A DNA stretch of 64,000 nt from Hyphomicrobiales bacterium (GTDB taxonomy: Bacteria > Pseudomonadota > Alphaproteobacteria > Micropepsales > Micropepsaceae). A program made the translations under genes and the position numbers. Numbering within the stretch: position 1 is the first letter of the stretch; each line of letters starts with the position of its first letter. Location of the stretch: contig JBDZVS010000001.1 in the NCBI GenBank assembly GCA_040255825.1, positions 2,867 through 66,866 of the forward strand, given 5' to 3'. Positions 54,568 through 63,363 of the stretch are shown here, in pieces. The notes below the pieces were generated by a model that did not search any database, was not told the origin of the DNA, and worked only from the letters and a program-made list of their open reading frames with translations.

Positions 54568-55200
54568 ATGGAAGCCGGTTCCAAGCCACCTGACGTCGGG
54601 ACAGAGACTGCCAGGCCGGGCGCAGGCCGCCGCGCGCGCACCAAGACGCAGAATCGCGAAGTCATTCTGGCGGCCGCCCGGCAGGTATTCTCGCAGATGG
54701 GTTTCGCCGCCGCCACGGTGCGCCACGTGATCCGCGCCACGCCGCTGGCCTCAGGAACCTTCTACAACTACTTCAAGTCCAAGGAGGAAGTGTACCAGGC
54801 CCTGCGCGACGAGGTGGCGCTGGCGGTGCGCCCGGGCCTGCGCAGCGCCCGGCGCGCCGCCGCCAACGCGGAGCAGTTCCTTGCCGCCACCTTCGGCGGT
54901 TTCTTTGCCGCCGCGCTGGACCATGGCGGCAGCTTCGCGCCCCGGCCGGCGCGGGGCTTGCGCTTTCGCATGGACACGCCCGAGGTCCTGGCAGGCATCG
55001 CCGAGTTGAAGGAGGACATCGAGGAGGCGATGGCGCGGGGCATCCTGCCGCGCGCCGATGCCGGCCGGCTGGCGGCGGCAATCGTCGGCCTGGGCTTCGA
55101 ACTGTCACAGGACTTGAACGGGCCGCAGGATGCCGCCGCATCCACTGATTTCGCGACCCGCCTGATGCTGGGCGGGCTCGGGGCGCTGGCGCCGGCCTGA
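54568..55200 (+). CDS. TetR/AcrR-family regulator
   Basis: ILAAARQVFSQMGFAAATVRHV..LASGTFYNYFKSKEE. Confidence 0.88.
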   Translation: MEAGSKPPDVGTETARPGAGRRARTKTQNREVILAAARQVFSQMGFAAATVRHVIRATPLASGTFYNYFKSKEEVYQALRDEVALAVRPGLRSARRAAANAEQFLAATFGGFFAAALDHGGSFAPRPARGLRFRMDTPEVLAGIAELKEDIEEAMARGILPRADAGRLAAAIVGLGFELSQDLNGPQDAAASTDFATRLMLGGLGALAPA

Positions 55201-55312
55201 GCCGGTTGTCATCAACCCTGTTGTTATCCGGTGCCTGTCCGCCTCTCCATCGACGCAGACGGGCCAATCAAGGCAACCCCTGCGCCTTCACAGACGGGGA
55301 TGACAAAAGGGA

Positions 55313-55651
55313 TTACCCGATCGCTGCCTGGTATTGCGCCCAGATACGGTCCTTTTCCGCGCCCAGCTTGTGCAGATAGTCCCAGCTGTAAAGACCACTG
55401 TCATGGCCATCGTCGAAGCCGATGCGCACGGCATAGTTGCCCACCGGCTCCAGCGCCGCGATCTTCACATCCTGCTTGCCGGTGACGATCTTCCTGGGGC
55501 CGCCATGGCCGCGCACTTCGGCGCTGGGCGATTCCACGCGCAGATATTCCGCCGGCAGGGTGAAATGCTCGCCGCTGTCGAAACGGATGGTCAGGGCGTC
55601 GCGCGTCGGGGACAGCCGCAATTCGCTGGGCCAGGGGCGCAGGTCCGTCAT
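55313..55651 (-). CDS. DUF971 / gamma-butyrobetaine-hydroxylase N-terminal-like protein
   Basis: [26 protein letters not shown] and [24 protein letters not shown]. Confidence 0.88.
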   Translation of the reverse strand: MTDLRPWPSELRLSPTRDALTIRFDSGEHFTLPAEYLRVESPSAEVRGHGGPRKIVTGKQDVKIAALEPVGNYAVRIGFDDGHDSGLYSWDYLHKLGAEKDRIWAQYQAAIG

Positions 55652-55836
55652 GCCTGTTCCTCCTCGGTCAGCACGCGCGCCTCGTCGGGCAGCATGATCG
55701 GCACCCCGCCCCGGATGGGATAGGCCAGCCCCGCCGCGCGACTGACGAGTTCCTGGCGTTCGCGGTCGTAATGCAGGGTGGTGCGGGTCAAGGGACAGAC
55801 CAGGATTTCCAGCAATTTGGGGTCGGTATTCATCAC
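55648..55836 (-). CDS. Trm112/YcaR family protein
   Basis: [31 protein letters not shown]. Confidence 0.9.
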   Translation of the reverse strand: MMNTDPKLLEILVCPLTRTTLHYDRERQELVSRAAGLAYPIRGGVPIMLPDEARVLTEEEQA

Positions 55837-55851
55837 AACGCCAATTCCAGA

Positions 55852-56502
55852 TCAGTTCAACGTCACCGGACCGCTGTCGCAATCCGAAAGCTCCAGCAGC
55901 GCCACCAGGGTGGAAATGCGTTCCGCCAGGGTGGAGGCTTCCAGAAGCGCCTGCTTTCCCGCCGGATCGAAGGGGCACATCATGGCCAGCGCGTTGACCA
56001 GCGCCTCCCCGGGCGCGGAGATCACGCTGTTCCAGTCCGCCTTCATGTCGCGGTTGGTCAGATAGGTGTTCAGCGCCTTCAGCAGCCGCTCGCGGGGGAA
56101 ATCGTCGCTCTCGCCGGGCTCCAGGTCCGCGGCAAAGGGTGCGAAATCGCATGCGCCCGCGCGCCAGGCCGCGCCGCTGTCGGTCTCGCCGGTCAGGCGA
56201 AAACGGCAAACCCCCGCCAGCGTTATCAGATAGCGATTGTCCTCGGTCTCGCGGAACGAAACGATGCGCCCGGCGCAGCCCACCCGCATCAATTTCGGCC
56301 GCAAGACCTCGTCCTCGCTTTCAGCAGGCTGGATCATGCCGATCAGGCGGTTGCTCGCCAGGGCCCGGTCGACCATTTCCAGATAGCGCGGTTCGAACAC
56401 GTTCAGCGGCAGCGCGCCGCGCGGCAGCAGCAGCACGCCGCTCAGGGGAAAGAGCGGCAATGTGCCGGGAAGGTCGGCGAGGCTGTGAAAGCTGTGCGCC
56501 AT
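55852..56502 (-). CDS. LON peptidase substrate-binding (N-terminal) domain protein
   Basis: LPLFPLSGVLLLPRGALPLNVFEPRYLEMV, GCAGRI and CPFDPAGKQALLEA. Confidence 0.9.
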   Translation of the reverse strand: MAHSFHSLADLPGTLPLFPLSGVLLLPRGALPLNVFEPRYLEMVDRALASNRLIGMIQPAESEDEVLRPKLMRVGCAGRIVSFRETEDNRYLITLAGVCRFRLTGETDSGAAWRAGACDFAPFAADLEPGESDDFPRERLLKALNTYLTNRDMKADWNSVISAPGEALVNALAMMCPFDPAGKQALLEASTLAERISTLVALLELSDCDSGPVTLN

Positions 56503-56533
56503 CAGTGTCCGATGTTTCCGGGTCCGGCCTTCT

Positions 56534-57481
56534 TCACGAGAACAGGATGGACGAGAGTTTGCGTCGTCCCTCCACCGTGCGCGGATCGGTCGGCCCCATC
56601 GCCTCGAACAGGGTGACAAGCTGCTTGCGCCCGGCTTCCTCGTTCCATTTGCGGTCCCGCCGCACCAGCTCCAGCAGCCGGTCGATCGCGCCTTCGCGCT
56701 CGCCCGCCGCTTCCAGCGCGTTGGCCAGGTCGAACAGGGTCTGAAGATCGGCCGGGTCGGCCTCGCTCCTGGCGCGCAGCGCGGCGATTTCGCCCGACTG
56801 CGGCGCCGGCGCCTCGCGCAGCTTCAGTTCCGCCTCGACGGCGCGAACGGCTTCGTCCTGGGCCGCATCCGGACGGACCATCTGAAGCGTGGTGCGAGCC
56901 CGCTCGACATCCCCGCCCGCAAGATAGGCCCTGGCCAGACCCGCCACCGCGGCGGGGTTGCCCGGATCGTCCTGCAGCACATGACCATAGGCCTGGGCGG
57001 CCATGGCGATATCGCCGGCCTCCAGCGCCTCGTCCGCTGCCGCCAGCACCTCGGCGGTGTGTTCGGCTCCGCCATGGGCTTGTGCCCCGCCGGCCAGCGC
57101 GGCGACGAACGCCTTCACCTGGCTTTCGGAGATCGCGCCCATGAAGCCGTCCACCGGCTGGCCGTTGCGGAAGGCATAGACGGTGGGAATGGACTGGATG
57201 TGCAGTTGCTGGGCGATCTCCGGGTTTTCGTCGATATTGACCTTGACCATCTTCACCGCCCCGTTTGCGGCGTTGACGGCGGCTTCCAGCATCGGACCCA
57301 GGGTCTTGCAGGGGCCGCACCAGGGCGCCCAGAAATCCACGATCACCGGAACTTCGCGGCTGGCCTCCAGCACGTCGGCGGCAAAGGTGGCCAAGCCCGA
57401 CTCCTTGATGTGGGCACTGGCGGCCGATGCAGGAGCGGGGGCGGAACTAACCGGCCTGCCGCCTGGACCAATCAATGTCAT
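56534..57481 (-). CDS. cnoX: thioredoxin-TPR chaperedoxin CnoX/YbbN
   Basis: VIVDFWAPWCGPCK, IQSIPTVYAF..GQPVDGFMGA and C-terminal TPR ending GRRKLSSILFS. Confidence 0.88.
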   Translation of the reverse strand: MTLIGPGGRPVSSAPAPASAASAHIKESGLATFAADVLEASREVPVIVDFWAPWCGPCKTLGPMLEAAVNAANGAVKMVKVNIDENPEIAQQLHIQSIPTVYAFRNGQPVDGFMGAISESQVKAFVAALAGGAQAHGGAEHTAEVLAAADEALEAGDIAMAAQAYGHVLQDDPGNPAAVAGLARAYLAGGDVERARTTLQMVRPDAAQDEAVRAVEAELKLREAPAPQSGEIAALRARSEADPADLQTLFDLANALEAAGEREGAIDRLLELVRRDRKWNEEAGRKQLVTLFEAMGPTDPRTVEGRRKLSSILFS

Positions 57482-57677
57482 GATGAATTCCCTGTTCGCG
57501 GTCTGGGGTTGCCCCCAGGAGGATGGTCGCTCGGCGCGGCAAAGAAAAGGCCGCCACATTGTTTCCCGCTGCCATCGCCTTTACCGCAGCGTAGTCCCTT
57601 GGTCGCAAGACAGGCAAACGCTTTGCGGCCTGCGCCGCCGTCGGCACGAGGCGGGGAGGTTCCCGGCCAAAAGCCGA

Positions 57678-58592
57678 TCAGGGGACCAGCTTGGCGATCC
57701 AGTTGGGTAGCGCGAAGGCCGCGGCGTGGATCTGCGGATTGTAGTAATCGCACTTCAGCTTCATGCGCCGGTATGCGCGCGCGGCCCTGGCGATTCCGGC
57801 GGCGGTGCCCAACGGCTTGCCGCCCTTGCTGGCCCAGGACAAGGCCATGAAGCCGCCGATATAGGTGGGCACCACCGTCAGATAGAGGCCGGAGCGTGGA
57901 AAGAAGCGCGCCAGCTCCTCAAGCGCCTCGGTGATCTCCCAGGGCTGATAGAAGGGCACGCCAGTCTGAAAGGTGGCATAGCCGCCGCGGCGCAGCGCGC
58001 CCTTCACCCGGTCATAGAAGGTTTCGCCGAACAGCGCCTTGCCAGGCCCCACCGGATCGGGGCGGTCGGCGATGATAAGATCGAAGCGATTCCTGTTCTC
58101 CTTGCGGCCGAGATATTCGAAGGCATCCGCTACCTCGATCGTCATGCGCCGGTCGCGAAAGGCGCGGGCGTTTATCTCGCCGAAATGCTTGCGGCAAAGC
58201 TCGATCACGCGTCCATCGATATCGACCAGCACCACTTCCTTGACGTTTCTGTGCTTGAGCGCTTCGTCCGCGATCGACAGGTCGCCGCCGCCCACGATCA
58301 TCACGCGCTCGACCTTGCCGTGCTCCAGCATGGGCAGGTGGGTGAGCATGTCGGCATAGGCGCTCTCGTCGCGGCTGGTGATCTGGACGATGTCGTCCAG
58401 CGTCATCACCCGGCCATTGGCCTTGGTGTCGAAAATGCGGATGCGCTGGAACTGGCTTTTCTCGTCCGCCAGCGTTCGGGTGACCTCCATCGACTGGGCA
58501 TAACCCTCGTGAAGGCGCTCGGTGACAACCGCCGCCTGAGTGCCTGAGCGGCTGGAGAGCTTGCGGGTCGGCTGCGGCTGGGGACGGGCCAT
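57678..58592 (-). CDS. speE: polyamine aminopropyltransferase (spermidine synthase)
   Basis: SQFQRI, YADMLTH, VMIVGGGD, LVDID, FDLIIADRPDPVGPG and VPTYIGG. Confidence 0.92.
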   Translation of the reverse strand: MARPQPQPTRKLSSRSGTQAAVVTERLHEGYAQSMEVTRTLADEKSQFQRIRIFDTKANGRVMTLDDIVQITSRDESAYADMLTHLPMLEHGKVERVMIVGGGDLSIADEALKHRNVKEVVLVDIDGRVIELCRKHFGEINARAFRDRRMTIEVADAFEYLGRKENRNRFDLIIADRPDPVGPGKALFGETFYDRVKGALRRGGYATFQTGVPFYQPWEITEALEELARFFPRSGLYLTVVPTYIGGFMALSWASKGGKPLGTAAGIARAARAYRRMKLKCDYYNPQIHAAAFALPNWIAKLVP

Positions 58593-59020
58593 AACGGTTC
58601 CTTAAAGATTTTGACGGCCCCCGTGGCCGCCCTTGAGTCGCCCTATAGGGCGCGCCGTCGCGGCTGTCCACCATTCGCGACGGTGCATCCAATGTCGATG
58701 TGGCGGGCCTTTTCTCGTTGTCATGACGTTCGGGCGCGATCGCCCGGCCGCGGCCCGCCACCGTCCGCCATCGCTCCGCGGGGGAAGTCGGGAAGGTGTG
58801 ATGCGCTGATATCTGTGGAGAAAAAATCGCCCGCGGGGCCAAATTTTTTCTTGCAAGAGGGGGAGGTTGGCCTTATCTCCCAACTCGACCCCGCGAGAAG
58901 AAAAGCGGGAAAAAGCGGCGTAGGGCAGCCACCCTCCGTCGCTTTCTTCATTAAGGCGCGTCCGGAAGTCCGTGTAGGCCAAGGCGCAGGTGTCAACTCT
59001 AAGACGGGTAGGTGCTTGAT

Positions 59021-59506
59021 ATGGCTCGACTCAATCTGGTAGCGGCGAACAAGCTTCCGCAAAAGGAAAAGGCTCCCCGCAACCGGGCGACGACTCGCCC
59101 GGTGCATGTCGTCGTTCCCGCTTCGAACGACGACCAGAAGGACCATTTCATCACGCGGGGCGGGCTGCGCTATGCCGGCAGCCACCTGATCATCGACCTT
59201 TGGGAAGCCAAGGGCCTGGACGAGCGCGAGCGCATCGAGAATGCGCTGATCGACGCGGTGACGGCCGCGGGCGCGACCCTGCTGCACATTCACCTCCACA
59301 AGTTCGAGGAGGGCGGCGGCATCTCGGGCGTGGCGGTGCTGGCCGAGAGCCACATCAGCGTCCACACCTGGCCCGAGATGGGCTATGCCGCGTTCGACGT
59401 CTTCATGTGCGGCGACGCCGAGCCGCGCAAGGCGCTGGAGGTCTTCAAAAAGGCTTTCGAGCCCGGCCGCATCGTGGTCGGCGAGCACAAGCGCGGCGTC
59501 GTCTGA
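59021..59506 (+). CDS. speD: S-adenosylmethionine decarboxylase proenzyme
   Basis: GSHLIIDLW and GISGVAVLAESHISVHTWPE (pyruvoyl cleavage site E-S), then AAFDVFMCG. Confidence 0.95.
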   Translation: MARLNLVAANKLPQKEKAPRNRATTRPVHVVVPASNDDQKDHFITRGGLRYAGSHLIIDLWEAKGLDERERIENALIDAVTAAGATLLHIHLHKFEEGGGISGVAVLAESHISVHTWPEMGYAAFDVFMCGDAEPRKALEVFKKAFEPGRIVVGEHKRGVV

Positions 59507-59533
59507 CGCATCGGCGACGATAAGGAATCGGGG

Positions 59534-59567
59534 AAGGCGGGTGCCTGTGGCATCCGCCTTTTTCTTT
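59534..59567 (+). terminator. intrinsic terminator after speD
   Basis: AAGGCGGGTGCC-TGT-GGCATCCGCCTT followed by TTTCTTT. Confidence 0.75.
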
Positions 59568-59598
59568 CCGGTGACGCCGGGTCTAGGGGCGCCGGCAG

Positions 59599-59754
59599 AT
59601 GATCAGGCTCGCCATCTTCAGCTTCATGCTCGGCGTCATATTCAGCGGGGACGTGCATGATTTCGCCGCACGCCAGTCCGCGAACGTCGCAGGCGGACTT
59701 CGAGCAGCCTTGAGCGTCGATGCCTATGGCAAGATCGTCACGGCGCTGAAGTAG
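59599..59754 (+). CDS. unannotated 51-aa small protein with hydrophobic N-terminus
   Basis: MIRLAIFSFMLGVIFSGDVHDFAARQSANVAGGLRAALSVDAYGKIVTALK*. Mostly G/C third positions and a purine-rich AGGGG upstream. Too short for the ORF track. Confidence 0.5.
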   Translation: MIRLAIFSFMLGVIFSGDVHDFAARQSANVAGGLRAALSVDAYGKIVTALK

Positions 59755-59863
59755 CGCCGGACGGGTCGGGCGAAGCTTAAAACGCGCAGACAGGCCTGCA
59801 TCCGGCCGGATAGGCGCTCCCCGACATTGAAACTTCCCCCTGCCCCGTCTAAAGACGAGAGGC

Positions 59864-60568
59864 ATGCGCTTTTCCGGCAAGACCATCGCTGTAACCGGCG
59901 CCGCCTCCGGCCTGGGCCTGGCCATCGCCGCCGCCGCCCAGGCTGAGGGCGCGCGCATCATCGCCCTGGACCGCGGCCGCAGCGATTTCGCTGAGGCGCG
60001 CCTGTGCGACGTCGCCGACGAGGATCAGGTGCGCGACGCGCTTGCCGGGCTGGACCGCATCGACGGCCTGGTGACCAGCGCCGGCATCGCCCGCCGCGCC
60101 AAGGTGGACGAGACGGCGATGGCCGACTATGACGCCGTGATGGCGGTCAATGTGCGTGGCGCCTTCCTGGCCAGCAAATACGCGCTACCGCTGATGCGCG
60201 CCCACGGCGGGTCGGTGCTGCACCTGTCGTCGGGGGTGGCGACCACCGGCACGCGCAACCGCGCCGCCTACAGCGCCAGCAAGGGCGCGATCGTGTCGCT
60301 GACCCTCAACATGGCGGTCGATTACGCGCGCGACAAGGTCCGCGTGAACTGTCTCTGCCCCGGCTTCGTCAACACGCCGCTGCTCTCCAGCATGCCGCCC
60401 GAACGGCGCGCGAAACTGGCGGCGCTTCATCCGCTGGGCCGGCTGGGCGAGCCGGACGACATCGCCCACATGGCGCTTTTCCTTTTGTCCGACCAGGCGG
60501 GCTGGATCACCGGCCAGGCCATCGCGGTGGATGGCGGCTTCAATGTCGGCCATATGGACGACATCTGA
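59864..60568 (+). CDS. short-chain dehydrogenase/reductase
   Basis: VTGAASGLG, VTSAG, YSASKG, NCLCPG and HPLGRLG. Confidence 0.88.
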   Translation: MRFSGKTIAVTGAASGLGLAIAAAAQAEGARIIALDRGRSDFAEARLCDVADEDQVRDALAGLDRIDGLVTSAGIARRAKVDETAMADYDAVMAVNVRGAFLASKYALPLMRAHGGSVLHLSSGVATTGTRNRAAYSASKGAIVSLTLNMAVDYARDKVRVNCLCPGFVNTPLLSSMPPERRAKLAALHPLGRLGEPDDIAHMALFLLSDQAGWITGQAIAVDGGFNVGHMDDI

Positions 60569-60636
60569 CCGCCTGACGCTTGCGGTTCCCGGCGCCTTGG
60601 GCCAAGAGGGACGGCACAGCAACGGAACCGATACAG

Positions 60637-62148
60637 TTGAGCGCATTCATCGACGCCCGCACGCTTCCGTCCGACGCTTCATCCGCGCCCCATCCGGCGC
60701 CGGACCTGGCGATCATCGGCGGCGGCCCGGCCGGCATCGCGCTGGCGATGGCCCTGGCGGACACGAAGCTGAAGATATTGCTGCTGGAATCGGGCGGCAT
60801 GAATTTCGATCCGGCGGTGCAGAAGATGTATGCCGGCAGCCAGACCGGCTATGAGCCGCTGGACGCCGACCGCCTGCGTTATCTGGGCGGCGGCACCAAC
60901 CATTGGGGCGGCTGGTGCCGGCCGATGGATGAAAGCGATTTCGAGGTGCGCGCATGGGTGCCCAGTTCCGGCTGGCCCTTCGGCCGCGCCGCGCTGGAGC
61001 CATATTATCCGCGCGCCCAGTCGCTGGTCGAAGCCGGGGCTTGGGCCTATGACCAGGGCGGCAACGCGCTGGCGGCCGGGCACGGGCCGATGCTGCAGCT
61101 GGGCAAGGGCGGGGTCTACACGACCTGGTTCCAGTTCTCGAAGATGCGCGGCGACGTGCTGCCCACCCAGTTCGGCCACCGCTATGAACAGGACCTGCGC
61201 GCCCAGGCCAACCTGACCGTGTGGCTGAACGCCAATGTCACAGGCATCCGTCTGGCCGCCGACGCGGCCAGCGTCGATCACCTGGACGTTGCGACGCTGA
61301 ACGGCAAGCAATTCGCCGTCAAGCCGCGCTATACCGTGCTGGCCTGCGGCGGGATCGAGAATGCGCGCCTGCTGCTGGCCTCCAACGATGTGATGAAACC
61401 CGGCATCGGCAACATGACCGACCAGGTCGGCCGCTATTTCGCCGACAATCCCGTTCCCCGCGACGTCGCCACCCTGGTGGTGTTCGCCGGCCGACTGGCG
61501 CCCTATTATCGCGACCATGTGGACATGGGCCATGGCGCGATCCTGCGCGCGGCCTTCGCGCCCAGCGACGCCTGGCGCCGCCAGGCGCGCGTCGGCGGCT
61601 CGCTGACCACCGTGGAGCAGCCGGTCGAGCTGGACGAAGTCGGCAAGGCGGCGGTGGCGACCACCGCGGCGGCGCTGGGGGTGGACGCATCCTCCGCCCG
61701 CGCCTTTTCGCTGGGCTGCGGGCTGGAGCTGATCCCCGATCCCGAGCGGCGGGTGATGCTGGCGCCGGAAAAGGACGCGCTGGGCCTGCCCCGGCTGAAA
61801 CTGGCCAATACCATCTCGGACGAGGATTTCGCCCGCTACCGCCGCACCCTGGCCGAGCTGGGCCGCCAGCTTCTGGCGTCGAAGACCGGAATGCTGCACA
61901 TCAACCACACCACCCGCGACGAGTGGATGAAGAACATGGAGTGGGGCCATCACCATCTGGGCACCACCCGGATGCATGACGATCCGCGCCGCGGCGTGGT
62001 CGACGCCAACGCGCGGGTGCATGGCGTGCCCAATCTCTATATCGCCGGCAGCAGCATCTTTCCCAGCTACAGCGCCTCCAATCCGACCATGAACCTGATC
62101 GCGCTGACGCTGCGGCTGGCCGACCACCTCAAGACGGTGATGACATGA
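60637..62148 (+). CDS. GMC-family FAD oxidoreductase (TTG start, no signal peptide)
   Basis: IIGGGPAG, LLESGG, RYLGGGTNHWGG, LACGGIENARLLL, HHLGTTRM, LYIAGSS.FP and NPTM. Confidence 0.88.
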   Translation: MSAFIDARTLPSDASSAPHPAPDLAIIGGGPAGIALAMALADTKLKILLLESGGMNFDPAVQKMYAGSQTGYEPLDADRLRYLGGGTNHWGGWCRPMDESDFEVRAWVPSSGWPFGRAALEPYYPRAQSLVEAGAWAYDQGGNALAAGHGPMLQLGKGGVYTTWFQFSKMRGDVLPTQFGHRYEQDLRAQANLTVWLNANVTGIRLAADAASVDHLDVATLNGKQFAVKPRYTVLACGGIENARLLLASNDVMKPGIGNMTDQVGRYFADNPVPRDVATLVVFAGRLAPYYRDHVDMGHGAILRAAFAPSDAWRRQARVGGSLTTVEQPVELDEVGKAAVATTAAALGVDASSARAFSLGCGLELIPDPERRVMLAPEKDALGLPRLKLANTISDEDFARYRRTLAELGRQLLASKTGMLHINHTTRDEWMKNMEWGHHHLGTTRMHDDPRRGVVDANARVHGVPNLYIAGSSIFPSYSASNPTMNLIALTLRLADHLKTVMT

Positions 62149-62486
62149 GGCGGCGCACCCTCATCGCGGGCGTGGGGGCGGCGGCCGTGGCGGCGGCGGT
62201 GGGGCTGTGGCGCTTCACCGGCTTGATGGGCGGTCATGCGCCGACGCCCTATGACGACCTTTTGGCCCTGCTGGACGACCGCGACCAGGCGGCGCTGCTG
62301 GGAAGGCACGCGGTGGGCATGGCCGACGCCAAGATGATGGCGCAGGAACTGCGCGTTCGCATCGGCAAGGATGGACTGGCAAAAGCGGCGCTGGACGATG
62401 TGCAGAAAGGCCGCACGACCGAAGTGGACGGCTGGATCCTGCCGCAAAGCGTGGCGCAACTGTCGGCGCTGGCGGCGAAAGCCTGA
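62145..62486 (+). CDS. small Tat-signal protein, likely partner subunit of the GMC enzyme
   Basis: MRRRTLIAG twin-arginine leader. ATGA overlap with the GMC stop. C-terminal DDVQKGRTTEVDGWIL. Confidence 0.7.
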   Translation: MRRRTLIAGVGAAAVAAAVGLWRFTGLMGGHAPTPYDDLLALLDDRDQAALLGRHAVGMADAKMMAQELRVRIGKDGLAKAALDDVQKGRTTEVDGWILPQSVAQLSALAAKA

Positions 62487-62547
62487 AGCGAGCACACGCC
62501 TTCTTCCCCGCATGGCGAAGCCATAGGAGGGGCATATGTCCTCTAGC

Positions 62548-63293
62548 TGTGAGCTTTCAATAGGTTGTCCATCCGGCCCGATGCGGGAGAAGTTGAAGGT
62601 GTCAAAGCCACAGTTTCTCAGGAGGGGACGGGATGACGTGCATAAGAATGCCCGGCTGACTGCGTTTGGTCGAGAGCGGATCGTTGGCCAAGTTCTGGGC
62701 GGGGAGACGCCGAAAGCCACAAGCCAAGTCGCAGGCGTCTGCCCACGCACGGTGCGCAAGTGGGTAAAGCGCTACGAGCTTGAGGGCGTTGGCGGCCTGC
62801 AGGACCGCACCTCACGGCCACACCGGCTGTTTCGGCCGACGCACAAGCGGTGGTGGACCAGATCGCGTCGGCGCCAGCGGCTGACCGGCAAGGCGATCGC
62901 TATCACGGTGGGGTATCGCCAGCCACAGCCGGATTTTGAAGCGGCTTGGCCTGAACAAGCTCAGCGCTCTGGAACCTGGCGAAGTGTCATGACCGACAAC
63001 GGTTCCTGCTATCGCTCCAAAGCCTTCGCCAAAGCCTGCAAACGGCTCGGCCTCAAGCATATCCGTACCAGGCCATACACGCCTAAAACCAACGGAAAGG
63101 CCGAGCGCTTCATCCAGACCAAGCTTACGTGAATGGACCTGTGCGCGGGCCTACAGCTCATCTGTGGAGCGTGCCGCCCAACTGCCATTCTGGATGCACC
63201 GATACAATTGGCACCGGCCTCATGGCAGTATCGGATCAAAGCCACCTATCAGCCGCCTCAGGCTGACCGGGAACAACCTGTTGAGGCTCCACA
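62548..63293 (+). mobile_element. degenerate IS481-family element
   Basis: Ends TGTGAGCTTTCAATAGGTTGT and ACAACCTGTTGAGGCTCCACA (imperfect inverted repeats, TGT...ACA). Flanks are TCTAGC and ACCAGC. At 746 bp it is shorter than intact IS481 elements (about 1 kb). Confidence 0.88.
62633..63293 (+). pseudogene. IS481 transposase pseudogene
   Basis: Fragments in shifting frames: VHKNARLT..RKWVKRY..LQDRTSRP, then VMTDNGSCYRSKAF..RPYTPKTNGKAERFIQT, then YNWHRPH..NNLLRLHN. The start is frameshifted and the central region is missing. Confidence 0.85.
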
Positions 63294-63363
63294 ACCAGCC
63301 AAGGGGCGTGATGGCGGCCTCCCATTGCCGCTAAAAGCTGCCACTGGCGCTTGTTCACAAGAC

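Noticed and set aside
55206-55305. TTGTCATC...GATGACAA inverted repeat as a MITE
   Set aside because: Only 8 bp of match, no target duplication and no second copy in the window.
58593-58850. Known SAM-II or SAM-alpha riboswitch upstream of speE or speD
   Set aside because: The diagnostic conserved sequence elements could not be identified by eye.
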